Origin: Pseudovirgaria hyperparasitica
Taxonomy: Eukaryota
NCBI GenBank assembly: GCA_010093815.1
Contig: ML996577.1
Reading direction: 5' to 3' (one strand)
DNA length: 64,000 bases
Numbering within the stretch: the first letter of the stretch is position 1; each line of letters begins with the position of its first letter. The notes under the pieces are model-generated. The model searched no databases. It had not been told where the DNA came from and worked only from the letters and a program-made list of their open reading frames with translations. Both the position numbers and the translations under genes were made by a program. Shown here one piece after another: positions 49,172-61,600 of this stretch.

Positions 49172-51598
49172 ATGGCTGATGATGGTATGCTTCTCAATTT
49201 CGACATCGGGGACGGCATCATTGCTGCCAAGTCGACCTTCAAGGGTGGACGATGGAAAGACAGGATGTCCGCGAAACGCTCAGCCGGATATCGCAGACGC
49301 CTGGAGAACACCCCGGCGACTGGCGTGAATGCTGCACGAAAACCAAATCGAGAATCTGAGCACTCAGACTCGGAGACAGGCGCCAGGAGTGCGAAAAGAC
49401 AAAGATTGGATGGCAACATCGGTGGCTCGAACGGCCTGCCCTCCTCTAAGACCAACAGCAAAGGCCCGCAGAGAGAGGTCATATCGTCACTTTTCACGTA
49501 TAATCCAAAGTCGACAACCACTTCTACCGCTCAGACGCATGAAGAAGCACATGTCGAACCTTCGAATGCCCCTCTCAATTCAGAACTCGACACTTTTACC
49601 TCACTTGGTCTGACAGCTAGTCTCGCCAGCCACCTACTGAGCAAGATGAATATCAAGGCTCCTACAGCTATACAGAAGGCTGCTATCACTCAACTGCTCA
49701 AGGAAGACTCTGATGCTTTCATACAAGCCGAGACTGGTTCCGGAAAGACTCTGGCTTACTTACTGCCTATCGTGCAACGGATCATGAAGATATCTACAGA
49801 AATGAAAGAGGTGGATGGTGCCCCTAAAGATGCTATAAACAGAAAGACAGGGCTATTTGCGATCATCCTAGCTCCAACTCGTGAACTGAGTAAGCAGATC
49901 CAAGTTGTGCTCGACAGCCTACTACGTTGCGCTCATTGGATCGTCAGTGGCATCGTCATTGGTGGAGAAAACAAACAGTCGGAGAAAGCAAGGCTACGTA
50001 AAGGTGTCAATATACTTGTTGCAACGCCGGGTCGCCTAGCAGATCATCTACAGCATACAGAGGCTTTGGACGCCAGCTGTGTACGATGGCTCGTCCTGGA
50101 TGAAGGAGATCGGCTAATGGAGCTCGGTTTCGAGAACGATATCCAGAAGATAGTTGGGGTGCTGAACCTACGCCTTAAAGCTGCTGCGGACAGGGTGAAG
50201 CTGCCAGGGCTGCCAGCGAAGAGGACCACAGTTTTATGTTCTGCGACCATGAAGGTCAACGTGCAAAGACTTGGAGAGATAAGCCTGAGAGAAGCCATAC
50301 ATATCCAGAAAGATCCAGGAGACAAAGATGCAGATCAAGAAGCAGCCAAACATGCGAAAGAGGACGAGTTTTCTGCACCAGCTCAATTGAAGCAGTCGTA
50401 TGCTATTGTACCGGCAAAGCTTCGTCTAGTCAGCTTAATTGCATATCTAAAGAGAGCCTTCGAGCGCCGTGGCTCAGTCATGAAAGCCATAGTGTTCATG
50501 TCCTGCGCTGATTCCGTGGATTTCCATTTCAATATTGTTACACAGCTTGAGAAGGCCAAACAAGAACACAGACCCCCGGAGAAGGTCACGAAAGAGCAAG
50601 TGTTGGGGGAGCAGAAAGATGCTGCCGGCGAAGCAGATGCAGCGCAAGCACTAGACTCAGAGAAAACAACAGAGAAGACACCAAAACATAATCCTTTCGC
50701 CAAATTCGTCCAAGGCAAAACCGTTGATCTTACTATTACACATGCTCTCTCAACCCTAGTATCTTCCCAAGACAATCCAGTCACCGCATATCGCCTTCAT
50801 GGGTCTCTCCCACAAGCCCTTCGTACGAGCACTATCTCGCGCTTCTCCAAATCGTCCACAGCTTCCGTGCTCATCGCTACCGACGTTGCCTCTCGAGGTC
50901 TTGACGTGCCTAACGTCGATCTTGTTCTTGAATACGACCCGGCCTTCGCTCGCGATGACCATCTTCATCGTATCGGTCGTACGGCCCGTGCTGGACGCGA
51001 CGGTCGCGCCTGTGTCTTCCTCATGCCTGGGTGTGAAGAGAAGTATGTAGAGACGTTAGTCCGAGATCGACGAGACACAGACGGCGCGTCACATCTACTT
51101 CGACAGACGAGCGAGGATATCCTCAAGCGAGCATTCACGCCGAACAAACCACAAACAAAAGTCAAAGGTCAACTGGAGGCATGGGACGCGCGAGCGACAG
51201 AGCTACAGCTGAAAATCGAGCGATGGATACTAGATGCGGGCGACGAGCGACGCTTGGAGGGAGCCAAACGAGCATTTCAAGGACACGTGCGGGCGTACGC
51301 GACGCACGTTGCTGCTGAGCGCGATTGCTTCGATATCAAGGAATTGCATTTGGGACATCTTGCAAAAGCGTTCGCGTTGAGAGATAAACCGAGCGGACTC
51401 GGTGCACTGGAAAGAAGGGTTGGCGCCGGATCCGCGGCTGGGAAGAAAGGAAATAGGGCAGGTTCAAGGGCCGGTGATGAGAGCAGAACGAAGGCGGACA
51501 AGGGCGATGAGGCGGAGCAGGCAGCGCGTAAGATGAGGGAGAAGATCAAAATGCAGAAGATGATGGGGACAGGGGCTGATGAGTTTAATCTTGGTTGA
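49172..51598 (+). CDS. DBP7: DEAD-box RNA helicase Dbp7
   Basis: MADDGMLLNF N-terminus, AETGSGKT, PTRELS, DEGD, SAT and HRIGRTARAG; LHLGHLAKAFALR; C-terminal ADEFNLG. Intronless, 808 aa. Confidence 0.95.
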   Translation: MADDGMLLNFDIGDGIIAAKSTFKGGRWKDRMSAKRSAGYRRRLENTPATGVNAARKPNRESEHSDSETGARSAKRQRLDGNIGGSNGLPSSKTNSKGPQREVISSLFTYNPKSTTTSTAQTHEEAHVEPSNAPLNSELDTFTSLGLTASLASHLLSKMNIKAPTAIQKAAITQLLKEDSDAFIQAETGSGKTLAYLLPIVQRIMKISTEMKEVDGAPKDAINRKTGLFAIILAPTRELSKQIQVVLDSLLRCAHWIVSGIVIGGENKQSEKARLRKGVNILVATPGRLADHLQHTEALDASCVRWLVLDEGDRLMELGFENDIQKIVGVLNLRLKAAADRVKLPGLPAKRTTVLCSATMKVNVQRLGEISLREAIHIQKDPGDKDADQEAAKHAKEDEFSAPAQLKQSYAIVPAKLRLVSLIAYLKRAFERRGSVMKAIVFMSCADSVDFHFNIVTQLEKAKQEHRPPEKVTKEQVLGEQKDAAGEADAAQALDSEKTTEKTPKHNPFAKFVQGKTVDLTITHALSTLVSSQDNPVTAYRLHGSLPQALRTSTISRFSKSSTASVLIATDVASRGLDVPNVDLVLEYDPAFARDDHLHRIGRTARAGRDGRACVFLMPGCEEKYVETLVRDRRDTDGASHLLRQTSEDILKRAFTPNKPQTKVKGQLEAWDARATELQLKIERWILDAGDERRLEGAKRAFQGHVRAYATHVAAERDCFDIKELHLGHLAKAFALRDKPSGLGALERRVGAGSAAGKKGNRAGSRAGDESRTKADKGDEAEQAARKMREKIKMQKMMGTGADEFNLG

Positions 51599-52606
51599 AA
51601 AGGTCCTATAATCGAACATGAAACATGAATAGCCATCAAACATTAAATAGTCACTAGAAGCTGACGGAACCGCCCAAAAGAAGATATTTTCAGATTAGCA
51701 CAGCCTATACAAAACTCATCAGCAATTCTGAAGCCTATGTCTGCTTGCGACTTGGGCAATCATATCCTCTTGGCAGCATGCCCATTCCGACTAATATAAT
51801 GCCCAGTCCTGTCCCTCCAATTGTTAGCTGTGTGCGTACAGCAATGCATGTAGTGACCTTAGAAGAGCAAGGTGTTGATTATTATCACAGTATAACACAC
51901 TGCCGGGAAGAGACAGCATCACTACGCGGCAGGTTATAAGCTGACTGTGAAAAGGCACATCTCCAACCGTGCGCCCACGAATCCGTAGTCGTTCTCGAAA
52001 CAAACGATCACGAAACTATGCAATTGGCGCCCCCGGCCCATGACACACTCGTATTGTGATTCGCGACAAGAAATAGTCTAATGGCCTCCGCCCCATCCCA
52101 ATCGTGCGGCTCTGTTGGTGGCATCGGCAAATCTGTATGATCATTTGCACTATGCCTCTCTGGGAAAAGACTTGGGGCTAGGCAAGTCTATATATGGAAC
52201 GCACGTGGGTGGATCATGGTGCAGATGGATGCATGAGGCTGTTCATCGCCAGGGCCAGGAACAAAGTTGCAGATTTTCTGCCTGAACTGGCATTTTGGAA
52301 TGGTAGTGGCCCCAGAAGTTATTTTAAACTATTGTAATATGAGAATGAGTGGAGTGGAATCAGTGGAGATGCAGGCTTTGGTGTCTAGACGTTGGCAGTT
52401 GGCGGATGTAAGCGACAGCGACAATGAGAGTTGAGACTGAGGGATAGAGGGAAGATATAAAAGCGCTGTGAATTCCATATTTGACTGATTCATCCAGAGC
52501 ATCGAAAAGCAGACCATTCCTTTCTCGCAGCCTTTGTAGACTGCCTGGTCTAGTATCACTTCATCAATACTTCCCACATCCTTATACCATCAAGCAGGAC
52601 CACAAG

Positions 52607-53563
52607 ATGTTTGGCAGTTTCCCAACCTCGCTAGCCATTCTCGGCCTCGCAGTCGTCCTTGGAAATGCCCTTCCCGGGAAAGAAGAAGACCTAATCAACC
52701 TTGGTCTTCCCGAAGGCATGAGCGTCGAGGACTATCTGAACGCCAAGCGCGAAATCAGCAAACGATTCGACCAGAATGCCTTTAAAGATGCCATTCCAGG
52801 CTGCCGTAGCGAGGACGATCCATCCTACGCTACCGGGCCATCCAAGTTCAAGGACGGCGAGGGTGTTGCTGTGGGCAGCCATTGTGACAACGGCCTGTAC
52901 ACACCTGCTGTCAATCGCTTCCACTGCTGGACTGACGTATATCTTGTCAACTACCAAGTCGAGTATCAAGACTGGCTGAACACAGGCCTCGTTATCGACT
53001 GTGCAACAACATCTTCTTGCAATCAGCAAGTTATCAATATGAACCAATCATGCACTACAAACACAGCCTCCTGGGACAACGCCATCCAGACCCAGATTGA
53101 GGGCAAGATCACATTGATCAAGGACAAAGTCGACGCCGGCGCGTCTGTCAGCTACACGCACAACTTCGGCGGCAGCCAGGCCTTCAGCACCTGCAGCACC
53201 GTCTCGAATACTGGAACCTGTACTTGGGAAGATAAAGTAAGAAGCATCGAACATCTTTGTCTCTCCCCTCAACCTGTGCTAACATGACTTTTGAAGGGAT
53301 GTCACGCCATCTGGAAAGCGAAGCGCAACAAGCGCATCTTCGGTTACATGCGTCGCTCATGCAACACACCGCGTGATGGAACCAACATGCCGAACACAGA
53401 GAAGCGCGAGGATGGGTATTACACGGTGGGCATGCTCGACTTCAGCGTTGTGGTGCCTGATAATCAGATCATTGGGTGTGCGGCCAAGTGTTCGGACTTA
53501 AAGTACCCTGACGAAGCCCCTGGCGGTCTTGGAGAGCTAATTCCAGTGCCTGCGGGTATATAG
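52607..53563 (+). CDS. Secreted cysteine-rich protein (~298 aa) of unknown function
   Basis: Signal peptide MFGSFPTSLAILGLAVVLGNA, dibasic KR sites and 12 Cys. Intron 53237-53296 joins two ORFs in frame. TATAAAA about 150 nt upstream. Confidence 0.85.
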
Positions 53564-54318
53564 ACGATGGATAGTATGGACGATTTGGTTTAGCGGTATA
53601 GATGCCGTTTGTGGTGCTGGCCAAGGACTGGCTGTTTCGGTTGGCGTAGTCGTATTCTGTAATCATATTGTCAGAGTATCTCGCTAGGTTCATGTCCAAA
53701 TCATTGATTCGGATATATCAGTACAATGATATAGATCTCCCCAAATGAGGCTTTGTCTGGTGCATCCCTTCTCCACGTATGCTAGCTGCCTACGCCTTTC
53801 GTATGCTTCTCGGGGGGACCTTACCATCCCAGAGGAAACGTCAATGATGCTGAAGCTCATCTTGAAACTATCACCGATGTACACCGCACTCAGTATTGAG
53901 AGGAGACTCATTGACCAAATCGTTGCAGCAATGCTGCTGCCTCTGGAGTGTCGTCAGGCCATCGCATTCCAGTAAGTAGTGGCTCCCATTCGGGCGCAGG
54001 ATTGTGGTCCGTGCGGTCACGTCAGGAAGAAGCCTTGCCTAAGCCTCATGTTTCCCACGTCCAAACGTTTCAACTCGACGACACACGCGTTTTACTATAT
54101 CGGCCATCTTGCCTGAAGTACCATCCTGAGCTCTACCATATTTCGACATCTTGCAACCACAGCTACTTGTGGCGGAAAGAGAAGACTGAGTACAGCTGGA
54201 AAGGAGAAAGCTTCAGAGCTTAAGAAGACTTGATTGCGAGTCCAAAGCACAATAAGGTTACGCATACTCGAATCTACCGACCCACCAGCACAGAGAAATA
54301 TTCAGTGATACATCTATA

Positions 54319-54986
54319 ATGGACTTTTCGGACATCTTGTATGTCTTACCGGAGACGCGCATACATGCGACATGTTGCGAGGAAAGCTGATGATCGATAG
54401 TCGTATTGTCAATCTCGCTGTGGGCGTGTTCATGATCCTTGGTGGCATCGCACAATTCTTCCCTGTTGGATTGTAAGTCTCCCGACTCGTTGCATTACCG
54501 TTTGGGACCAGCAGTGCTTGGTCATGGATGGAACGTGGAAGAGCTCAAGGCGATCAATGTTACGATGCTCAACCACACTGCTATATGCGCCCAGGAGATA
54601 TGTCGTATCAGTCGCTGACTACTGCACAGTGCCGACATCATCAAAGGATGCTATGTTATCCTCTTCGGTCTCGCGACCGGGCTGTTGGAGTTTCAAATCC
54701 CACCTCAGATCGCTAAACATGCCTCATTCATGTTCTCCTTCGTTGGTCGCGGAGTCTGTAAGTGCCAACTTCCCTGGAGCAGAGCCAGATAAACATGATT
54801 GACACATTCATAGTTTACATCTTCATCGGCTCCGTTGTTGTCGGTGAGGGCTGGTGGAAGTATGTAGTCGGTGCCATCATTGGCCTTATTGGCATTGGCT
54901 ACGTTGCCCTCGAATACGTTCCCTCCATCGAACCGCCAGCGAACATGAGGGATGCAGACGCTGGTTGGGGCGCTGAGCAAGTCTAA
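54319..54986 (+). CDS. TVP15: Golgi membrane protein Tvp15 (COPI-associated)
   Basis: MDFSDIF|RIVNLAVG..., ASFMFSFVGRGVFYIFIG and LEYVPSIEPPANMRDADAGWGAEQV; three GT-AG introns. Confidence 0.88.
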
Positions 54987-55753
54987 GTTAGAAACTTAAC
55001 ACTCTGCTGAAAATACCCGATATACAAGCTCAGCTCGGACTCTGTTACCCTCGACAGACTAAGCTTATGAATAGTTGCTGCATTGTCTGCAAGATAAGAA
55101 CATATCAGGAGTGTATTATATATGGAAGTCCCACTGGGACAAGGTCTGTACATGGATTTTGGAACCTCATTGTAGCGAACTAGCCAACGATGCATACTCT
55201 AAACAGTCTGGCTGTCAAACATGCCTTGAGAGCACGGGGTCCAACATCAAGACCTCGTGACAATCAACTACTCTCTTCTGGTTGATTAGAAGTGGCAGAC
55301 GAGGTTATTTGGCAGAATTCTATCTAAGTGATTGTACAACAGTGTACTGCGCCACGATGTGGCAATTGGTACTGCTGATCTTGGACATTTGTGGCTCTAC
55401 CGGGAACTTGTGTCGACCATCTCACCTCGCCCATAATTAGAAGCTTGATCGGCATCAACAACCAGCAAAACGGCATGCGCTTGTCCAACCCGGTGGCAAA
55501 CTTGCTGCTTAATAGTGATAGTCAAGGAGACTGCCATCCTGCGGCATGATGAGTGGTAAGTGGTCTACATCGCAGGCTACCATGGCTGGTGCCTAGTGCT
55601 TAGTATACACTCGCATATCATACCTGGTTCTGCGTATAAAGGTTGAGTATTCACTGTATCTGCCTTCGATTCAAATGCCTGGTCTTCTTTCTGGTCATTC
55701 ACACTCCGCTCCGGTTTCTCGTTCCTTCTACACACAATAGCAACTCTTCCATC

Positions 55754-57283
55754 ATGGCGTCATCAAAGCCCGATAATGCCTTCACAGACTTGCAAAACCA
55801 CTGTGATGGCAACAGGACTGCCACAGACATAACATTTCTCAACATCCTCAAGAATCGCCATCCTAACCATCACATCACCTCGTACACCCCAGCCAACTGC
55901 GACCTTCATGGCTACGCTGCCGCTGGCTTTGCTAAGTCTACTCTTATCGACGACGACGAATCTTTCGCCTTGACCACAAGCTACCATGCTCCGGCCCTAC
56001 GGCTCGAGCGCCAGCACCATCCGGGCGATCTCAAAGACACGATGCTTCTCGCATGCTGGAGATATGAGTGGACGACCACTGAGTTCTTAGTCTACAACCT
56101 GCAGCTTCGTAGCGTTTTCCGTGGCGGACCCGAAATTTATGCTTTTGTCCTCGCACCGCGCAGCGATGGCGCTGTATCGAAGGGCCATAGCACCGCTACT
56201 GATAAGTTGATGTTGGCAGCTGGACAGTGGAGTCAGGATCTACACGAGGAAGTATATGTCTTCGATGGCGGAAGCTGGGTCAAGAACAAAGACCTGCATG
56301 CGAGCATCCAGACAAGCACCTGGGACGACGTAATCCTTGATGCCTCAACTAAGACCGCGCTCATCGACGACGTAGAAGGCTTCTTCGACTCGCGCGACCT
56401 GTACGCCGAGTTCGCCGTCCCGTGGAAACGCGGTATCATCTTCCACGGCCTGCCCGGTAACGGCAAGACAATCAGCATCAAGGCGCTCATGGCCGTCCTC
56501 GCTCGCCGTGAAGAACCTGTGCCTTCGCTCTACGTGAAGAGCTTCGAGGGATGTGCGGGCCAACAGATGAATATCCGAAACATATTTGCACGGGCGCGGA
56601 TCATGGCGCCGTGTCTGCTGATCTTCGAGGACCTGGACTCGCTCATCACAGATGCGACGCGAAGCTACTTTTTAAACGAAGTCGATGGGCTGGAGAAGAA
56701 CGACGGGATCCTAATGATTGGAAGCACGAATCATCTGGATGCGCTGGATCCGGCGATCAGGGACCGGCCGAGCCGATTCGATCGCAAGTATCATTATCGC
56801 CTGCCTGGGTTTGGAGAGAGAGTTGAGTACGCGCGGTATTGGCAGAAGAAACTGGAGAGGAACCCGAGGGTAGACTTCCCAGAAGGTGCATGCGGCGTCA
56901 TTGCGAGTCTGACCGATGGCTTTTCCTTTGCATATCTCAAGGAGCTCTTCGTAGCTGTTCTCCTTGTCATTGCTCGTGGTGGGACAGGCGAGGGAAAAAT
57001 TCCAGATACAGTGTCGCCAAACAGTAATGTCCTGGTCAATGAGACTAAGGAAGGAGAACAAGAATCTCCGGCGAACGAGGCTGTCGAGCTCGACGAGAAG
57101 CAGGAAGCTGCACGCCTGCGCCGACAAGCATTCTCAAGTGTATCCATCCCGGAAGAACTACAAAACAGCATCCTAGTCAAGGTCATGCGACAGCAGATAT
57201 ACACATTGCTGGAGGAAATGGACAACAATGCGGCGCCAGCTCGGGTCAATAAATCCTCCATGATCTATGTCATAAACAGATAA
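55754..57283 (+). CDS. AAA+ ATPase with uncharacterised N-terminal region
   Basis: Walker A GLPGNGKT, Walker B LLIFEDLD, FLNEVDG, STNH and RPSRFDRKY; intronless. Confidence 0.9.
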   Translation: MASSKPDNAFTDLQNHCDGNRTATDITFLNILKNRHPNHHITSYTPANCDLHGYAAAGFAKSTLIDDDESFALTTSYHAPALRLERQHHPGDLKDTMLLACWRYEWTTTEFLVYNLQLRSVFRGGPEIYAFVLAPRSDGAVSKGHSTATDKLMLAAGQWSQDLHEEVYVFDGGSWVKNKDLHASIQTSTWDDVILDASTKTALIDDVEGFFDSRDLYAEFAVPWKRGIIFHGLPGNGKTISIKALMAVLARREEPVPSLYVKSFEGCAGQQMNIRNIFARARIMAPCLLIFEDLDSLITDATRSYFLNEVDGLEKNDGILMIGSTNHLDALDPAIRDRPSRFDRKYHYRLPGFGERVEYARYWQKKLERNPRVDFPEGACGVIASLTDGFSFAYLKELFVAVLLVIARGGTGEGKIPDTVSPNSNVLVNETKEGEQESPANEAVELDEKQEAARLRRQAFSSVSIPEELQNSILVKVMRQQIYTLLEEMDNNAAPARVNKSSMIYVINR

Positions 57284-58654
57284 GCTGACAAGCCACTAGG
57301 ACCGTATTCCGAGGAAACCAAAACCCACCGCTGCGATCAAAAAGTAAGATCTAGCTTGTATGTAAATCCTCTAGATGTCCATATCAATCCATGGGTACAT
57401 AGCTTGGCACAACAAGGAAGTGGTAAGCATCTCAATCAAACAGCACACGTCCATTCATTGAGGATGAAAACTACGCCAAATACAGCCACTACTACCCTTC
57501 CTACCTCCGAGACTGCCTTTCGATCTATTTATCTATCTAGGTCTGAGAATATAGCTATAGTATACCTAAATGATCTTTTATAGTCAAGCGAAATGAGCAA
57601 TAACATATACACAACTTTAGTCAAATATGTCTTAACCCAAGATCGAAGAAGCTGTAGTCTAGAGACTAGGACTCTGAAAATTTATGGCACTTCATACTAG
57701 ACTACTAGCACAACTGTCTGACCGTCAAGCAATGCTCTTCAAAGTGTAACCTATACGAGACCATCAAGAACATCCTGTGATTTCACTTCTCGCAGTACAT
57801 ATACAACCCGCAGTACTACAAACTTCGCCCATGAAAGTCAATAATGCAAACCCGGATAAATATACACGCCCCAAAGATACGCACAGGAAGAGGCGAGACG
57901 CACAAGGGGAGCGCGGAAACGGATCCATTATGACACTATTTTTCCGAAACATGAAATCCAGAAGAACGCCATCTGTCTCGAAAACGACAATCGACAAAAC
58001 GCCAACAGAATAAAGCTTCATTCAAAACCCCTCTGTTCTCACCTGTCTTTGAGGAGAAGAATAAAAGATAAAGAACAAGTCTCGTCTGACCTCGACAGTG
58101 CGCTACGACGACACCATTCTGCGCAGAGGCTACGAGGACTTACATGCATCGATCTGCTATCCTGAATCGGCATGTCCTGCGTACGTGCGTGCATATACCT
58201 GTATCTGTCTTGGCGTGTGCCTTCCCTACCACCCTGATGACTGACCTGTAAACGGAAGAACCCCCCATGCGCGCGTATGTCGATTGACATGACCGGCTCG
58301 GCCACACAGTCTTCAACTAATCTCATGATCTATTCGAACTCTATACTGGACGCGAATGTGTCTTCTTGAACTCGTTTGCTTATTCGTAAGGTAGTGATGT
58401 CTTGAGATGTAGTGTGTGTGAATTGTACACGTTCGACACGTTTTGGGTTGAGGTCTCCATTTATGGTGCGTTTTGATGTCATCCAGTCTAGTTCCAATTC
58501 ATCGTCGTTCGATTATAGCAACGCACATGTGTGCTCCATGGACGGAAATGTGTAACGAGGAACTTCATCTCTCCATGCCTTTCCACAACTGCATTACACT
58601 GCTTGTAAAAAATCCGTTTTAAGATATGATCTAACGAAAAGGGTATTATACAAA

Positions 58655-61600
58655 CTACATTTCCGCACTCTTTGGATCCCGATTTAGATAGAAATCCGGC
58701 ACCTTTGGCACCTGTGGACTCATCTCCTGAGCCTCCCTGCGCACCATCTCCTTACTCCGTTCTCTCTCCTTGGCTTCCGCGTTACCTCCTGTCAACCTCC
58801 TTATACCCCTGTTGAATCCTGACCTTGCGCCAGCAGCCATAGGTCTGATCATAGTCTCCAAGAAAAACGGCTTGTCAGGCCCGCCCGGCCGCGCGACGAG
58901 CGTCTCATCATCCGAGAACAACTCTTCTGTTTCATCAAGGAATGTACCACCACCGGGAGGTGTACGTTGTGGGAGCGTGCTTGCGGGTGATGTGATGGAG
59001 CGCGAGTGCAGACCTGGGCGCGGAGCAGGCGGGCCAACCTGCAGAGCGGCAGCGGTGGAGGAAAAAGCAGTGGGAGTCATGATGGCGGGATCGCGTGGGC
59101 CGCGATGGTCAGCAAAGCCCGATTGGAAGGAGGAAACACTTGCGTTGCGCTCGAGGGATTTGTGAAGGATGGGAAGAGTCTGCTGATCGTAAATATTTTC
59201 GCGAACGTCAAGCGCGCTATGTGAGAAGGTTGTCACAGGCGAGTGGCCTGGAATGTTGGGCGTGAGATCACCTCCGTCATCATCGTCATCGCCGAAGAAG
59301 TCATCTAGACTGTCGAGTTTGAGGACTAGCTCACCCATGTGGCCATCGTCGGGGTGGTGCTCGGAGGTCATTGTTGCGGTGCGTGACTCGGCAGCGAAAG
59401 CTGGGCTGAAAGGAGATTCTTCATTGCGGAACTCGATTTTCGGAGTGATAACATGTGCTTCCTCTGAGTTGTCTGCCGGTGCACAAGTCGCCCATACAGC
59501 TGAAACATTAGCGCGTGTCTCTAACGAGCGAACAGCAGGCATTGGTATTGACCAGCCGGTTTCCTCTGGAATTCCATATAAGCTGGCTGTCTTCTCGTAC
59601 TCTTTGCGGAATTCTCTGGTGGTATGCGAGCCAGCCATACTCATTCTCATATGCGCTTTATCGAGTGGTGTCGTCGTACCCGAAATATCCATGACGAGGT
59701 CTAAGACTTCCAAGGCGTTGGGGCAGTATTCTGTTTGCAATAGTCGCAGCAGCGGAGAAATAAGATCCGGGCCCTTCGAAACAATTTCAGCTCGACGCAT
59801 ATCAATGTGCGGTATGAGCATACAGAGAAGCTGCATTGTGTTGATTTTGACCCAAGTTAGCTTGGACGCCAGCAGGCTGATGAGCAAAGTCAATACACGG
59901 AACTCGAGTTCGGGAAAGAAGGCTGTGCTGAGAGCAGAGACTGCTTGGGCTAGAAAATCGTGCTCGTTGCGGTACCGCTGCGCGGCAAAATGCTCAAGTA
60001 TAGCGCACAAGTTCGAGTGCCCCTGGGTATTGGCCACTGTGGCTAGCTGCTCGGCAACGAGGGAGGTTGTGTGATATATTTCCCCTGCGTCGAAAACTTG
60101 AAGGAATCGAGGAAGATTTGCAAAGATGACAAATGCAAGGCGACTATCGTCCCCAACAAGTTCGTTAGACGGCAAGGTAACAAGACGTTGCAGAAGTCTC
60201 AATGTCCGATCGAGACAGACGCTGGACCTTACGCCTTTGTACAACAGCGAGGACAGCCCATCAAACATCCCCTCCCACTTCTCTGGCTTTGCATCGAGTA
60301 GAGTTTGCACAGTAGCGGGATCGCTGAGATCCATTTTGTCAAGCAGCTTGTCTAGCATTAACATGCTTTCCATGAATTCGCTCTCGTGGACCGTATTGAG
60401 GCATGCACAGGCTGTCCAAAATAGCTGTGGATAGCGGATCAAATCATCCTTCTGCAAATATTCTATTATTTTTCGTATGGTGATAAGGATCTCCATCGTG
60501 AAGATTTGGAGCTCGTTGGCATCGTCAGAGATTGTGTTTGATAAGCGGGCGAATATATCGGCAAGCATTCCCTGATCAAGGAAGCTGAGAATTGAGCGGA
60601 AAGCCTGTATGGATCGGCAGGCCAGGTGACGAACATGACAGGAAGTCGCCCAGTTCAGAGTGACTTTACCCCATTCTTCTTGGATGCCTGGGTACTTGAT
60701 ATCGAAGACCCTGACTACTTCATTCGTGACATAATTCATGCCTTCGGGTATCCGATCATGAGCATTGTCTTCTTCACTTTTCCCGTTATTCGCTTCGTAA
60801 GCCCATATCAGACTGGCGTCGCTTCTGCGGATTGCTTCAATGAAGTCTTCAATAGGCCTTTTATCGACATACTCGTCACCATCTTCGATCTTTGAAAGCA
60901 CCTGTTCGTGAATGAGGTGAATCAACATCTCGCGGGCTTGATCTTGAACGAGTGGGATATGGTAGTCCCAAAGAATGATGATTACCTCCAGGAGAAGCGG
61001 TATGTGCTCCCGAGCAATCTGAACAGGTGGAACTACAAGATCTACCAGCAGAATGAGGCACAACATACCGAGAGTGAAATTGTACTGCTTGCTGCTACTC
61101 GGTAGTACAGCTGAAAGATCGGCCATATAAGGTAACGGAGTGATCTCAAACGGCGGGGGCATTGCTTCTTTCTTCTCGAATAGCATAGCTCTGGGGTTTA
61201 TTTGGAGCAGCAGAAATTCTACGACCTTCGAGCCTGCCGGCGTGCTGGAAAGATAGACCACGATTTGCCTTGCATAGTCTACAAAGTTCTGCTCTCTCTT
61301 TTCAAGGCACAGAAAGATGAAGAAGTCGAGAATGAGTTGAACGTTGCCGGCATGCGGTCCGGTCGCAAGCGCTTGCCACAATGCCTGGATCTCGTTGTGG
61401 AGAGCATTACCAGAACGTACAGTGATCTCAAACATATTTGATAAAATCATGTAAGAGCCGACAGCAGGACCGCCACTAGGGTCTAACTGTAGCTCGATAG
61501 TCTGAATCCAGGGTAACATAGCGGCTACCATGTTGCGCTGGTGGTCTGGTAATAGCGAATTGAAATGACTGGAAAATTCCGAAAACACATGAAATGCGAG

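Noticed and set aside
54473..54629. Longer TVP15 intron with an AGCAGTG/CACTGCT stem
   Set aside because: No convincing C/D or H/ACA boxes and no recognisable guide.
58770..60434. Plus-strand ORFs (131-273 aa) opposite TAO3
   Set aside because: Antisense shadows of a long CDS.
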